DNA of 63,650 nucleotides, filler included, from Aduncisulcus paluster (lineage: Eukaryota): NCBI GenBank assembly GCA_024181965.1. It is 14 parts of 14 records of this genome, joined end to end, with 100 filler letters (N's around TTAATTAATTAA, not from the genome) between each part and the next. Parts side by side here need not be neighbours in the genome. Positions count along the whole stretch, not along the records: positions 41,706 to 47,080 come from BQXS01011533.1; positions 47,181 to 49,640 come from BQXS01011534.1; positions 49,741 to 53,231 come from BQXS01011535.1; positions 53,332 to 55,756 come from BQXS01011536.1; positions 55,857 to 60,993 come from BQXS01011537.1; 9 more parts are not named here. One strand, 5' to 3'. The notes beneath the pieces were generated by a model. That model saw only the letters and a program-made list of their open reading frames with translations, was not told where the DNA came from and searched no databases. Within the stretch, counting starts at the first letter, position 1, and each line of letters starts with the position of its first letter. This document shows positions 46,388 to 58,935 of this stretch, piece by piece. Made by a program: the position numbers and the translations under genes.

Positions 46388-46847
46388 ATTAAGTATGTAT
46401 ATGAGATGGAAAAGAGGCAAATACGATTCAATAATAATATAATTATCAATTTTCATATCATCATTTTAAAAATATTTGACTCACAAAAAAAAGTTTGATA
46501 CTTAGATTTCAGAATCCAAAAAAAAAAAAAAAAAACTGAAAAAATTACTTACTCACACAAAAATATGAATATATACTAGAATAAAATAGAAATTAAAGAA
46601 AATTTGGAACAAATATTGGAAATAATTCTCGGAAAAAAATAAAAAAAAATAAAAAATAATTGCTTGCATTTGTAAATGAATAATATAAATATTGTATCGA
46701 AAATCCCATGAAAATCAGAAAAAAGAAAAAAAAAATAAAAGAAAGTCATAAAAAAGTCACAACTAATGTAAAAACTATCATTATTTTAGTTTTGAAAGGT
46801 CCGTAAAAAAAGGAAACACTGATTCCCTCAATAAACCCCCTTAAATA

Positions 46848-47078
46848 TCATAATCCCTCTTCCGAGGCATTTTCTTCATCTTGTTCCTCGTCAATTCCAA
46901 AATTACCCTCTTTGACTGGCTCAATATCGAGATCAAAGGAGGAAATGGCGCAAGTAATAGAAGGAAATCCAAATGAGAAGCCTGAAGAGGAAGAAACTGA
47001 AGAACAAAGTGAACACTCAGTGTTTGTTACAAATCCACCATTCTGCTTTCCTTCTTTCGTGGAAGTCGATTCCGCCTT
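46848..47078 (-). CDS. C-terminal fragment of a hypothetical protein
   Basis: Open frame from the contig end: KAESTSTKEGKQNGG...GIDEEQDEENASEEGL-stop. It has coding-like composition next to very AT-rich DNA. Confidence 0.5.
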   Translation of the reverse strand, partial: KAESTSTKEGKQNGGFVTNTECSLCSSVSSSSGFSFGFPSITCAISSFDLDIEPVKEGNFGIDEEQDEENASEEGL

Positions 47079-47180
47079 TANNNNNNNNNNNNNNNNNNNN
47101 NNNNNNNNNNNNNNNNNNNNNNNNTTAATTAATTAANNNNNNNNNNNNNNNNNNNNNNNNNNNNNNNNNNNNNNNNNNNN

Positions 47181-47435
47181 AAAAATTATGTGCAGACGTT
47201 GTTACAGAGAGAAAGCTTCAACTGATGGTATGTTAAAAAGATTGCTTTTATTGTTTCATTTATGTTATGTTTAGATCATTTTTTAAAATAATATTCATCT
47301 AATTATTTCCTTACTCGTCCAATAGAATACAAAAAAATGGGACTTGCTGTTGGAGTAGGAGTTTTAAGTATTGGTGTTGCTGGAATGATTATTAAGATGA
47401 TAGCCATTCCTGTTAGGAAAACCATTGGATTTTAG
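47181..47435 (+). CDS. SEC61G: Sec61 gamma subunit: end of exon 1, intron 47228-47325, exon 2 47326-47435
   Basis: Splicing GTATGT...AATAG gives ...IMCRRCYREKASTDEYKKMGLAVGVGVLSIGVAGMIIKMIAIPVRKTIGF, matching Sec61g ([40 protein letters not shown]). Confidence 0.88.
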
Positions 47436-47515
47436 GGTGTTTATTTCCATTTTCAGTAAATATTGATCTGTTAATCTCAATTTTTAATTTGTTTTTGCTT
47501 TTGGGGCCAATTTAG

Positions 47516-49640
47516 ATGGGATTTCTATATCGGCCATCTTTTGACAGAAAATCTTTCAATAATGATGAAGATTTAGGTATGTTTTTTATGTATATTCCTT
47601 TCTATCCTTGCTTCCATTATCTTCCTGATCTATCTTATGTATTGATGATTTCCTATGAATTATTTTACTAGTTTTCCAATTGATAGAAGGTGATTCGTAT
47701 AATGGACCTAAAACTCCCAATAGATGCTCAGAAATGATCCATTATAGGAAAAGATATTCTGATCTTCCCGCTGATTCTGAGCATATCATTCGTTTTTATG
47801 GAGTTACTGATAAAGGACACAGTATTTGTGTTCATATTCATGGCTTTCTTCCTTATTTGTATATTCCTGCGCCTCCAGGTATTTCCCCAGCTGACTTCCC
47901 TAAAATGATTGAATTTTTGAATCGAAAGCTCTTTAATGGGACTCGTGATAAGGGTGTTAAGAAGATTGAAGAGGTTTACAAGAGAACGATCCATGGATGG
48001 TATGGGGAAGAAAAACGTCGCTTTTTACGGATCACTGCAACATTTCCCAAGCAAATTCCTGGTCTTCGATCCCACTTTGAGACCCCTGGGGCTGCCCTTA
48101 CCGATTATATCTCTCAGCAACCTAATTTTGCTGGTTCTCTTGAGTCCGACATTCTTTTCCTGCAGAGATTCCTAGTAGACAATAATATCGTTGGTTGTGG
48201 ATGGGCAAAAATAACAAAGTCAAAGTATTTCCTTCGATCTGAAGCTCAAAAGCACAGTACATGTCAATTGGAGATTGATATCTCATGTTCTGACATTTAT
48301 ACCCTTGGTACTGAAGGTGTTTACTCCAAATTAGCTCCCATGGTCATTTTATCGTTTGATATTGAATGTATTAGCCCTAAAGGTGGTTTTCCTGATCCCC
48401 TAGAAGATGACGATAAGATCATAACCATTGCTTCCTCTGTGCATGTTTTTGGTAAAGAAGAGAGTATGTACTCTGTCAAGAAAACATGTCATTGTCTCCA
48501 TGATACTGACCCTGTGCGTGATGTTAATGTTATTAGCTTTGATAGTGAGAGAGAATTACTTAATTCATGGGCTCAATTTGTTCTTGATGCAGATCCTGAT
48601 ATTATAACTGGCTATAACACATCTGGGTTCGATTTACACTATGTTGTGACTCGTGCAAAGAAGCTGAAATGCGATCGTGGTTTGTATTTTTCTCGACTCC
48701 GTGATTTTGAAATAACTAGCGAAAAACACAAATTCCAATCAAAACAGATGGGTACAATCCACTCCTTCAAAACTGAAATACCCGGAAGAGTTGAGATCGA
48801 CATGCTTTCATGGTTCAGAAGGACATTTAAACTCCGTTCTTATACATTGAATGCTGTTTCTCAAGAATTTCTTGGAGAACAGAAAGAGGATCTCCATTAT
48901 TCCCTCATTCTTCCTCTATTCAAACAAACATCTGCCGATCGACAGAGGATAGCCGTGTATTGTGTTAAAGATAGTGAGCTACCATTCCGACTAATGATGA
49001 AGCTCATGACTCTTGTCCAACAAGTAGAAATGAGTAGAGTCACAGGTGTTATGTTATCCTTGCTATTGACTAGAGGAGAGAGTATAAAAGTCGTTACACA
49101 GGTGTATAGGGCTGCGAAGGATAGAAATTTCTTGGTACCATATAGAAGTAGTTCTGATGCCGATGGAGCTGCTGATGGTGGATATGAAGGTGCAAAAGTG
49201 TTTGATCCCATCCAAGGATTTTATAGGAAAGACCAACCGATTTGTGTTCTGGATTTCTCATCTCTTTATCCTTCTATTATTATAGCTCATAATTTATGTT
49301 TCACAACTTTAGTCTCACAAGCTACTGTCAGAGCAAAGAAATTGGTGGAAGGGGTTGACTATGAAACGACTCCTGAAGGGTTTATGTTTATAAAGAAAGA
49401 GAAACAAGAAGGGTTACTTCCTCGTATTCTTGAAGATCTCTTGGGAGCAAGAAAAGAGGCAAAGAAACTGATGAATGCAGTACCTAAGGACGAACCTGAC
49501 GCAGAACTTAAGAAACAGGTTTATGACGCAAGACAGAAGGCTCTGAAAGTGTCTGCTAACTCTGTCTATGGGGTGACTGGAGCAAGTGTTGGATCGATGT
49601 CTTGCATGCAAATCAGTAAGAGTATCACTGCATATGGAAG
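47516..49640 (+). CDS. POLD1: DNA polymerase delta catalytic subunit, 3'-partial; exon 1 47516-47576, intron 47577-47671
   Basis: The spliced start reads MGFLYRPSFDRKSFNNDEDLVFQLIEGDSY. ExoI SFDIEC, ExoII GYNTSGFD, ExoIII YCVKDSELP, LRSYTLNAVS, region II DFSSLYPSII and region III KVSANSVYG. Confidence 0.95.
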
Positions 49641-49740
49641 NNNNNNNNNNNNNNNNNNNNNNNNNNNNNNNNNNNNNNNNNNNNTTAATTAATTAANNNN
49701 NNNNNNNNNNNNNNNNNNNNNNNNNNNNNNNNNNNNNNNN

Positions 49741-52489
49741 GTTTGTCTGAGCTAATTGCACAACACTGAGCCCTACAAAAATGTCAGAGAGCATCCCTTT
49801 GCTCAGGATAGAACGACCGTACGATGCATGGATGGAGGATTCTACATATCTGGCAGCATTGTATGAGGTTAAGGCTTCAAACTTTTCACTTGAATATGAC
49901 TTAAACAGAGAATTGGCAAGGGAGAATCCCTTTTCAGGTATTTCGTAGTAATCATGAGTGTTGACAAGCCAAGTAGTGTCATCACAAGCACCAATGACAC
50001 ATCCAAGTGTGGGACTTCCCAAGCAAGCACACATGTAGGAGAGGTGAGCACCAGAAAGATTACCTGGGAAAGCAAGAACAGCTCGTCCAAAGTTGGTTAT
50101 ATAGAATCCTGCAACATCAACAAGTCCTGTCTCCTCTTTGTTTTCATCCAGCATGACATACTTAACACTTCGGCCAAAGATATTGTCTACATCTTTCTCA
50201 ATGATCGGTAATATTCGTTCACTATGCTCAAGAACATATCCTTCATGCGATACACACACACGCCTGGGTCTCGAGGAGATGCTGAAGTGCAAGGACACAT
50301 ATGCTCAAGAGAGGAGTGTTGGGGAGAGATGTGAGGATAGAAATAGCATCTGGATAGGAACCTTGGGGAAGACGAGAAGAATACACGGTATTACCACACA
50401 TTTGCATATGATCTTCCTCTTCCTCTTCTTTGTCTTTGTTTCCACTACTTGCTTCAGCTTCGACGTCTTGTATATTTAGGTCAGTGTCACTCCCACTTCT
50501 ATATTGGAGGTCAGAAGTTAGACCTGTGGGAGAAATCTCAATGGAAAACTCCTCATCCTCGTCTTCTTCTTCTTCATAAAACATAGAGTCTCGTTTCACA
50601 AAGGATTCTAGACTCAAGATACGCAATAAAGCCTTCTCAATGGTGCCAAGTTCTTCCTCACAGGGTTGAAAGTCAGCAAATCCAGTTCTATTCAGGCAAG
50701 CAAAGTACATACCATCAGAAACACGACCGGCACGACCGGCACGCTGAGCAGACGAGGACATTGAGCATTCTTGCGTCCTAAACTCTTTCGAATATTTAAT
50801 TCCACTTGATCCGCATGTCCTAAATTCTGGATCTTCCTCAGAAAGACCATTACCGAACACAGAACGTTCGAACCCACAGTCCACAACAGCTCGAACACTT
50901 GGCACTGTTATAGAAGACTCAGCAATATTTGTGGCGGCAATAATACGTGTTCTATCACGTTGCACTGGCAAGAAGACCTTCTGTTGTTGTTTATAGGCCA
51001 TCAATGAGTGTAATTTGATGTGATTCTCAAAGTGATGTTGCTCGATGTTGTCCCTGCTGTATTTGTCAAGCATAGCCAATAGTTGGTGCTGTTCTTTCTC
51101 TCCGGGGAGGAAGCAGAGGATTGTGTGACCCTTTGAAGACCGTCTGGTTGGAGGAGATGATTTTCCACACTCTTCAGATAATACCCCACTTCTGGCGGAA
51201 GGTATGGTGGAATATGGAACGAGACGAGGCGTAATTGAATGCTCGTGCTCGATATCGATGATCAAATCCTCAACATACCATTGCTGAGCAAGACATATAC
51301 AGAGACGATACATTAATTGGATAATGAATGAGTATTGCTTCTTCCATCCGGAAGGATTCTTGTTCTTTCGGGGCGCTATCAACTCTTGAACCTCGTTAAA
51401 TCGCTCTGAGAGCTCTTTCAGACCATTATAAACACGGAGGATAGAACGTTGAGATAGAACAGAAGTTGAACGGATCGCATCTTCTTCAAAACGTTCTTTG
51501 TTCGAAATATGTTCATTTTCGCAATCTTTAAGTTGTTTTCGATGGTCATTTTTGGAAGTCGTGGAAGATCCATCATTCATTTTGGGAGCATGCTGGAGTT
51601 CAATATTTTTTTTCATATCAATTTTCATTTCGAAAGAGAACAACAAAGAATGTGGATCCTTCATTTCCTCGATTTCTTCAAGAAGATCGTCTCGATCCTG
51701 ATACACGATGTTCCTTATCCGAAATCCAAGGGAAGATAGCACACTACAAGAATAAACATAAATTTCATTAAAATAAACATGCATCACAGAGTATGGCGAG
51801 GTTCCAATAGAAAAACTTTGCGGGATGGCTTTTCTAGGAAGATATTGGGAAAAGAAGCGATTAAACATATCAGCATCAAGAGTAGCCGACATAACAACGA
51901 GTTTTAAAGTTATAGATGGACCTAACCTTCTTGTAGCAGCTTGAGTCCCAATTAAAACTAATAAATGGGTGTCTAGTGTGGCTTCATGTGCTTCATCAAT
52001 AATAATACAATCTACCTGGGACATAGATGAAGGCTTATGTGATAACAATTCAACTAACCATCCGGCTGTAACAAATACAATTCCTTGCCGTGTCGATCCA
52101 GCTTTTCGTCCAGAAATACAATAACCAACAGCATTGTTCCTACGATCTCGAACTGACTTAAATCCAAGACTTTTTGCAATTCTATCAGCTAATTGAATGG
52201 CTGCTAAACGTCTTGGCTGGGTTACATAGATCAGTGGAAGCTTCTCACGGCCAGAGAGAAACCTTCCGTTCATGATCTCATTCTTAAGAGAATATAGATA
52301 ATTCAGAAGGAAAATTGGAACTAAAGTAGATTTTCCGGAACCTGTACTTGCTGAAAAAAGTGAAATATTATTGGAAGAGAACGTATCAATGATTTCATCC
52401 CGATATTTATAAGTTGGAAGAGATTCAAGATCATACCCTGGGGAAAGCTTAAACAAACTTTTTAATTTATCTTTTGTCACATCTGACAT
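49741..52489 (-). CDS. DEAH/RHA-family RNA helicase, 3'-partial, with a frameshift at a (GT)5 tract
   Basis: GSGKST, TQPRRLAA, DEAHE, MSAT, FLPG, ATNIAESSITVP and QRAGRAGR. The HA2-like ITNFGRAVLAFPGNL lies in the downstream frame. Confidence 0.9.
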
Positions 52490-52691
52490 TTGATATCACT
52501 CTTTGGCAACCGTTCCCAGAGAAATGATAAAAAAAATATATAGGATCACAAAAGTTAAAAAACAATTTATATTTCTTGGTACAAATTAAACGAGAATTTA
52601 TTGAGAGAAATAAATACTAATGAAATAAAACGGATGTTAAATTTCTTACCAATAAGAATTGATCCTAAACGGAATGATGATAAGGCTAGAG

Positions 52692-53231
52692 TTACTTCTC
52701 GTGCCTAGAATTGTATTCTTCTTGCCATGTTTCTTTATATTTGGCACCCCAGAGCCAGACAAGGATAATGAAGAGGGCAAGAAGGACAGAAAGAATAAAT
52801 ACACCCCACTCGAAACCGGGGAGAATATCAATACAAGACTCAACGACATCACCATTTACAAGCTCTTGGCATTTCTGGATCATGTCAAAGTTATCATTGG
52901 CATCCATGGAAACAGAAGCAACGGTTTGACCATAACGGACAGGATAAGACCTGAAAATGAAGTTAGAAATGTAATCGGCAGTGTTCTTCTTGCTTCCACG
53001 ACCCTCAAGGTTGTCGAAGACGAAGGAAAGAGGATCGTAGGTGAGGTAACTGGGAGGAGCATCACAGGGTTTGCCAGAGTCGTCATCACATCCGTCACGG
53101 GAGTACGCACCAGAGTAGGAGTAACCAGCGACAGCAGCAACAGCATCCCCGTCATCAGCTATGGAATGACCATCAGTGAGTGTACCAGTAGAAATAATCT
53201 GACTTGTAGTGCTATCATCAAAAGTGCAAGC
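52692..53231 (-). CDS. C-terminal part of a single-pass membrane protein, 5'-partial
   Basis: The frame is open from the contig end (ACTFDDSTTSQII...) through the TM segment WGVFILSVLLALFIILVWLWG to a short tail and TAA. Confidence 0.75.
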   Translation of the reverse strand, partial: ACTFDDSTTSQIISTGTLTDGHSIADDGDAVAAVAGYSYSGAYSRDGCDDDSGKPCDAPPSYLTYDPLSFVFDNLEGRGSKKNTADYISNFIFRSYPVRYGQTVASVSMDANDNFDMIQKCQELVNGDVVESCIDILPGFEWGVFILSVLLALFIILVWLWGAKYKETWQEEYNSRHEK

Positions 53232-53331
53232 NNNNNNNNNNNNNNNNNNNNNNNNNNNNNNNNNNNNNNNNNNNNTTAATTAATTAANNNNNNNNNNNNN
53301 NNNNNNNNNNNNNNNNNNNNNNNNNNNNNNN

Positions 53332-55756
53332 TGGATGTTTCGGCGAGATTGAGAGAGCTCAAGGAGGTGTACGTATCAGCACACTCGGAAGTGTCGGGAA
53401 GAGTAGACACAGAAGTGACAGAAGAGAGGGTCAGAGTGGAGAGTGAGTGAAGGGAGCAGATGAACGACAGATCAGAAAAACCTTCAATGACATTCCCATC
53501 AGCATCCTCAGGAGCACCATACATGTTATGGGCAAGGGAAAGGGACTCAAGACCATGCAGAGAACCCAATGGATCAGCACTCACAAAGTTGTGATATGGC
53601 AACGAAATGGATGTAAGAGAGCGGACATGTTCAATTCCATCAAGCAGTGTGAATCTATCAGAGTTGGAGAGAGCAAAACCATCATTCGACAGAGTGGAAG
53701 TGGAAATGGTCCGCAACGAAGCAACACTGAAAAGGGAAGGATCATCTTCTGTTTCTTCTGTTCGATGAGTATCATCAGCATTTCCATCAGAATCCACAAA
53801 CATATCAGCAACATATGCATGTAAGTTCTCATCAACAATCACAGGATAGCAAGAAGAGGTGGATTGAGTTAATTCATCATCAAATCTACATTCATATCCA
53901 TACTCACACCCTCCAGAACATCCATATGTTTCACCATCTGCGTTGAGTGGAGCTAGACACTCGAAGGTATCCACAGATGTGTATGATACAATACTATGGC
54001 TGGAACACACATAATGCCATGAACCAGACCCAGGCAGAGTCTCACTGCACACGACATTGTCAGTGATCGGGGTATCGGTGAATCCAATTGCAGTGCTATC
54101 AGAGGAACATTCACATTCTTGTGTTTCCAATACAATACTCACAGATGATTGTGTGAATTTGTCAATTAAATCTGCAGTTGAATTTGTTTCTAAACATATC
54201 TCGTTACCAGAAAGCATAAGATTTGTTAGATTTGGAAAGTCATACAAGGGAGAAAGATCAGAAATGGAACAACCCATCGCATAAATAGTATCCAACAAAT
54301 ACAATCCCATCTCAGGCAATGGAGCTAGAGATGTAATATCGGGGTTGGAGTGAATATACAGATCAGTCAAAGTATCTGCACTCTTGGACAAATCAGGAAT
54401 ATTCTGTAGATTACAATTGGACAAATAAATAAACTCCAAACTTGTCATTTCGGAAATGACATCATTAAATCCATCATAAATGGAATAATCATAGAAAAAA
54501 AACATTTTAACAGTCGATAATTGGTTCTCCGATAAGGATTCAATGGAAGTAATCATGTTATCTTCTCCTCCGAATCCAATATATTCAAGAGATGGCAAGT
54601 GATTATAACCAACATTCTTATCAAAACCAGCTTGAACGGTAGGAGAATGATATATTCTCAATTCTTTAATTGTAGAAGGAAGAACATACCGATCTGAAGG
54701 AAGAGTTAAGGGCATATCTTGGATAAATAATGTTTCAAGGGAAGAAAGACCTGTGAAATCAGGCAAATCAAACGGGTCCACCAAATCAGCAAGAGTGCTG
54801 TCATACAAAAAGAGATAATTGAGATTAGATAGTGTTGATAGGGGTTCAAGATCATTCGTTGCAGAGATATCAAGATGATAAAATTGCATTTTTGTAATGA
54901 ATCCAACATGTTCAATACCAGAAAAATTACTCACTAAATCTCCAAGATTATTACAATTAATTTCTGGGCTGACATTTCCATCTTCATCTTCTACAGATAT
55001 GAGAGTCTTCAAGGAAGCAACACTGAATGTTTGATCTGTTGTATCACAATGTAAGTCGGATCCTTCAAACAGACCATAGATAACATGGTGCAGGTTCTCA
55101 TCAACTATCACTTGTTGACACTCTCCTGTTGTGAAAGTATCATCACCAATCACTTCATCACCAAGATATCTACACTCATATCCATACTCACAGCCTCCAG
55201 AACAGTTCGTGGTGGATGAATCTGGCTGAGTGCATGTAAAGTCCTCAGCAGATGTATATGACGTGTATGAATCACTGGCACATACAACATACCATGTGCT
55301 AGACCCAGGTTTGGTTTCACTACAGACCTTGTTGTCAGTGATCGGGGTATCGCTATATCCAATGTTATCAGGGGAGGAACATTCACATGTTTGGTCTGTT
55401 GAAAAGTCAGATCCAAGATCAAGACTAAACCCAGCAACTCCATGATTCTTGAACTTCTCAGCAAGATCTTCAGTGGACTCGGAGGAACCCACACAGATCT
55501 TATTGCCAACAACAGAGATGGTCAGCAGGTTCGGCAAGGAATACAATGGGGAAAGGTCTGAAATGGAACAGTTGGTACAGATAAACGTTTCAAGGTATAA
55601 CAATGAAGATAATGAATAAATATCAGAAATGTCACAACTATCGCATCTAATATATTCAAGATTTGTCAACCCTTGCTCAACCAAGGGATACACAGACGAG
55701 ATGTCACTATTGTTCGAGAGATCGATGGATGTCAGAGTGGATGAGGAAAGTGATAG
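53332..55756 (-). CDS. Modular LRR + Cys-rich protein fragment (same family as 10412-15335)
   Basis: WYVVCASDSYTSYTSAEDF...CSGGCEYGYECRY...QQVIVDENLH...FSVASLKTL modules separated by LRRs. Confidence 0.9.
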
Positions 55757-55856
55757 NNNNNNNNNNNNNNNNNNNNNNNNNNNNNNNNNNNNNNNNNNNN
55801 TTAATTAATTAANNNNNNNNNNNNNNNNNNNNNNNNNNNNNNNNNNNNNNNNNNNN

Positions 55857-57581
55857 GTCTGAGGACGAGTCTGAGTCTGAGTCTGAGGGTTCACTATCAT
55901 CAGCAGTATCATCAACACTCACATACTTGCCATCAGCACACCAACGCTTGGCAAACGCACTCACACTGCCTCCAACACAGAACTCCATCAGGAAGCCATA
56001 CACACCTTTCATATCGCAATCAAGCAGGTCAAGGATATACAGAGGACGTGGGATACGGTTGAAACATTTGGGATTCGTAAACAACTTGAGTTGCACTTTA
56101 AACTCCTTCCGACACCCTTTCACAACAGTTTTGTCCGCAATCCGAAGCATCTTCTTCAGAACACATGGGAAAGGAATGCCATCAATAAGAACAAGAAGAA
56201 CCTCTCCGAACCCACCACTGCCAATGATGCACTGTGAAGTCAGCGTGGATGCAGATGTCAGGGTTAGCGAGTCGTGCTTGGGGTTATACTTGGGCTTGCC
56301 ATGCTTGGGGTCATGTTTCTTTTTATCCTTATGCTTCTTCGGTTTGGTGTCTTTTGGTCTAGGATCCTTATCATTTCCTTTAATAACAATTTCTTGTTTT
56401 TGTTGTTGTTCTTCTTCTTCTTTCACAGGTTTTGATGGCAAGGACAAAGTTGATGTGGGTGTCTTGGAGGAACAGGAAGGAACAGGAACAGGAGTAAGAG
56501 GAGGAGGAGAGGTAAAGGGAATATCATCACCTCGAATGAAAACAAGGGAGTAGATCCAGAAAAACCGACTATTCTTATCAAACCACCATCCTTTCCCTTC
56601 AATCTCACACAATACAATATTATACAAATCAATAGGAAGGAAGTGCCATTCATATCCATGTTCAGGTCTTGTGAATTCATACTTCTTGCATGTCTTCTTA
56701 CCATCACAATCAGTAAAAGTGAAGAGAAGAGAGGGCGAACTATAATCCTCATTCACACAGATATAAGCACCTTTCATTGGATTAGGTGATGGGAAAGGGA
56801 TGGAAAGATGGGATAGGTCAACATCATCTTCCCCTTTTAACATTTTTTGCGCTTCTGAACTCTGATCATAATACCAAGATTCCTTACAAAACGCATCATT
56901 CTTGCACTTAACCATTGAAAATGAAGGATCAACAAGCTTTGGGTCATCTCGTGGAATGGGAATAGAAGCTCTACCTTTAGATTCTTCATCTCCTTTCTTA
57001 ACAAACTCTGGTTTCACAACTGGAGCTTCAGACCATAGTTTCTCTCTGGCTTCACGAGATTTGATTTCTTCAGGAGTTTCTTCTCTACTAATGAAAACAA
57101 GGGAGGCGATTCCAAAACACCCTTCCTCTCTTCCTTTCCCTGAAATCTCACACAGAACAACATCAGGGAGATCAACAGGAAGGAAATACCAATATTCACC
57201 TTCAAATTCAGGAAACTCGTATTTCTTGGATGTTTTATCACCCTTTGAAGATGTGAGAGTGAAGATAAGATGTGATGGAGGTGAAGAATAGCTTGCTAGA
57301 CAGATATAAGCACCTTTCATTGGGGAAGATGAAGAGAAAGGAATGGAGATATGGGTAAAATGTCCACTATTACCCTCTCCTTTCATCATATCTTGTGCCC
57401 AAGAACTCTGATCGTAGTTTTTATCACCTTCTTCCTTGGTTCCATCTATCGCTTCGATAGTTGGAAGCTCTGCACTCTTAATATTGGGGGCATCTCCAGG
57501 AATTGGTGAGCAATACTGAAAGCCTTCATGAACAAACTCAGGTTCCACAGTTTGAATAACAGCATCTGTGGATGAACTCAT
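55857..57581 (-). CDS. Protein kinase with two tandem N-terminal beta-rich repeat domains, 3'-partial
   Basis: Two repeats of about 180 aa (PEFV..G...IP.D.P...H.SIPF.S..PMKGAYIC...KKYEF...W.FLP.DL...VLCEI.GKG), then IGSGGFGEV, CVLKKM, EFKVQ and FLMEFCVGGS. Confidence 0.88.
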
Positions 57582-58935
57582 TTGAATAGAGATAGAATTT
57601 CTTATCTAAAATATAAAAACAAGCAGAATAATGAATGAATCCAATTAAAATATTTCTTAATATCCATCTAATAAAAGATGCAACATATAGTAAACATACA
57701 ATTTGCTTGTTTGCCAAGAAATCGAAAAAAATGGAGGACTGAACAAGCAACCCTTCAATAGATAAGATTGGAAATTTAAAAAAACACATATAAACGAGTT
57801 AAATGCTGACAAATGATAAAAACATGTTTTATTTTCATTTCCATGCCATGGTGTTTATTCTCGATATCTCAGGCTTTTGGAGAACCCTCAGGACTGGATA
57901 TAGTTCCATTTCACGTGTTAAGAACATTTATGAACGATTTCGATGCTATTCAATAACATGGATATATTTCCATTTCATTTCTATCCTTATCCTTGCCTTT
58001 CTGTTCATTTTCACTTGCTTTTGCTTACAATCAAAAATATCAAGAACTCGGAATACGATGGTATACATGTGTCTGTATACCGCTATGAATCCAATCCCCT
58101 GATGCTTCATGGAACATGACATTTCATTCCACCCAATTCCAATTCCAACTCCAACATCAACTTCAACTCCAACTCCAATTTCAACGCCCCAATGCCAGAT
58201 CCTGATCATCTGATACATTTAATACTGAGCTTTGTGCTATTTCACCCTAGATTGACAATGTGACAATCATGGAAAGTGATATCGTAGGGCTCCAAGCCAG
58301 ATCCTGATTACATGATACTGAGATTTATGCTCTGTGTTTATTGTCTTTCTGGCTTTCTATATTTGCTTCCTGAACGCAGCGTTGACAGTTTGCGCCCTTT
58401 CGGAGATTTTCTGGTGCCTCAAATTTGTCAATATCTATATCTTCTTATTGGCGATAAAATTCTTGGTGTCACACATCCATTTAAGTAAAATCCAAGACAT
58501 CCGTTCGTTGAGAAAATCCACGTGCGACCCTTTTTGCAGCCAGATAAGATGAAAAGTAAATAGGATTTCTTTTCAAGAAGAAGGCATAGCAGGCTTTAAT
58601 ACTATTGATGCCTATGGGTCTCCGGAATTTTATCCGATTCTGTAATACTTGCAACCACTTGCTGACACTGGGTCCTCGAGGGTTTCTGTATTGAGAGAGA
58701 TCCTTCAGGAACGTTGTTAGACTGGTCTGCAGAGTCAGAGCATCAGTTCCAATATCTTAGGAATCTGTTCATGTCCTGTATAATCAGTATTTTTGAAACA
58801 TTCCTGGAGGAATTCGGACGTTATTCCATAATCAAAAAGTTTATGGGCAACTTCACTGATGTCCATAATGTTTGTATACAAATAACCACAAAGCTATCTC
58901 AAACACTTAGAAATCAGAGGTTATAGAAACACAAT

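Noticed and set aside
58330-58935. Additional gene downstream of 58936-59919
   Set aside because: The composition is coding-like, but there are only short interrupted frames. It may be a decayed tail, and I cannot support a call.
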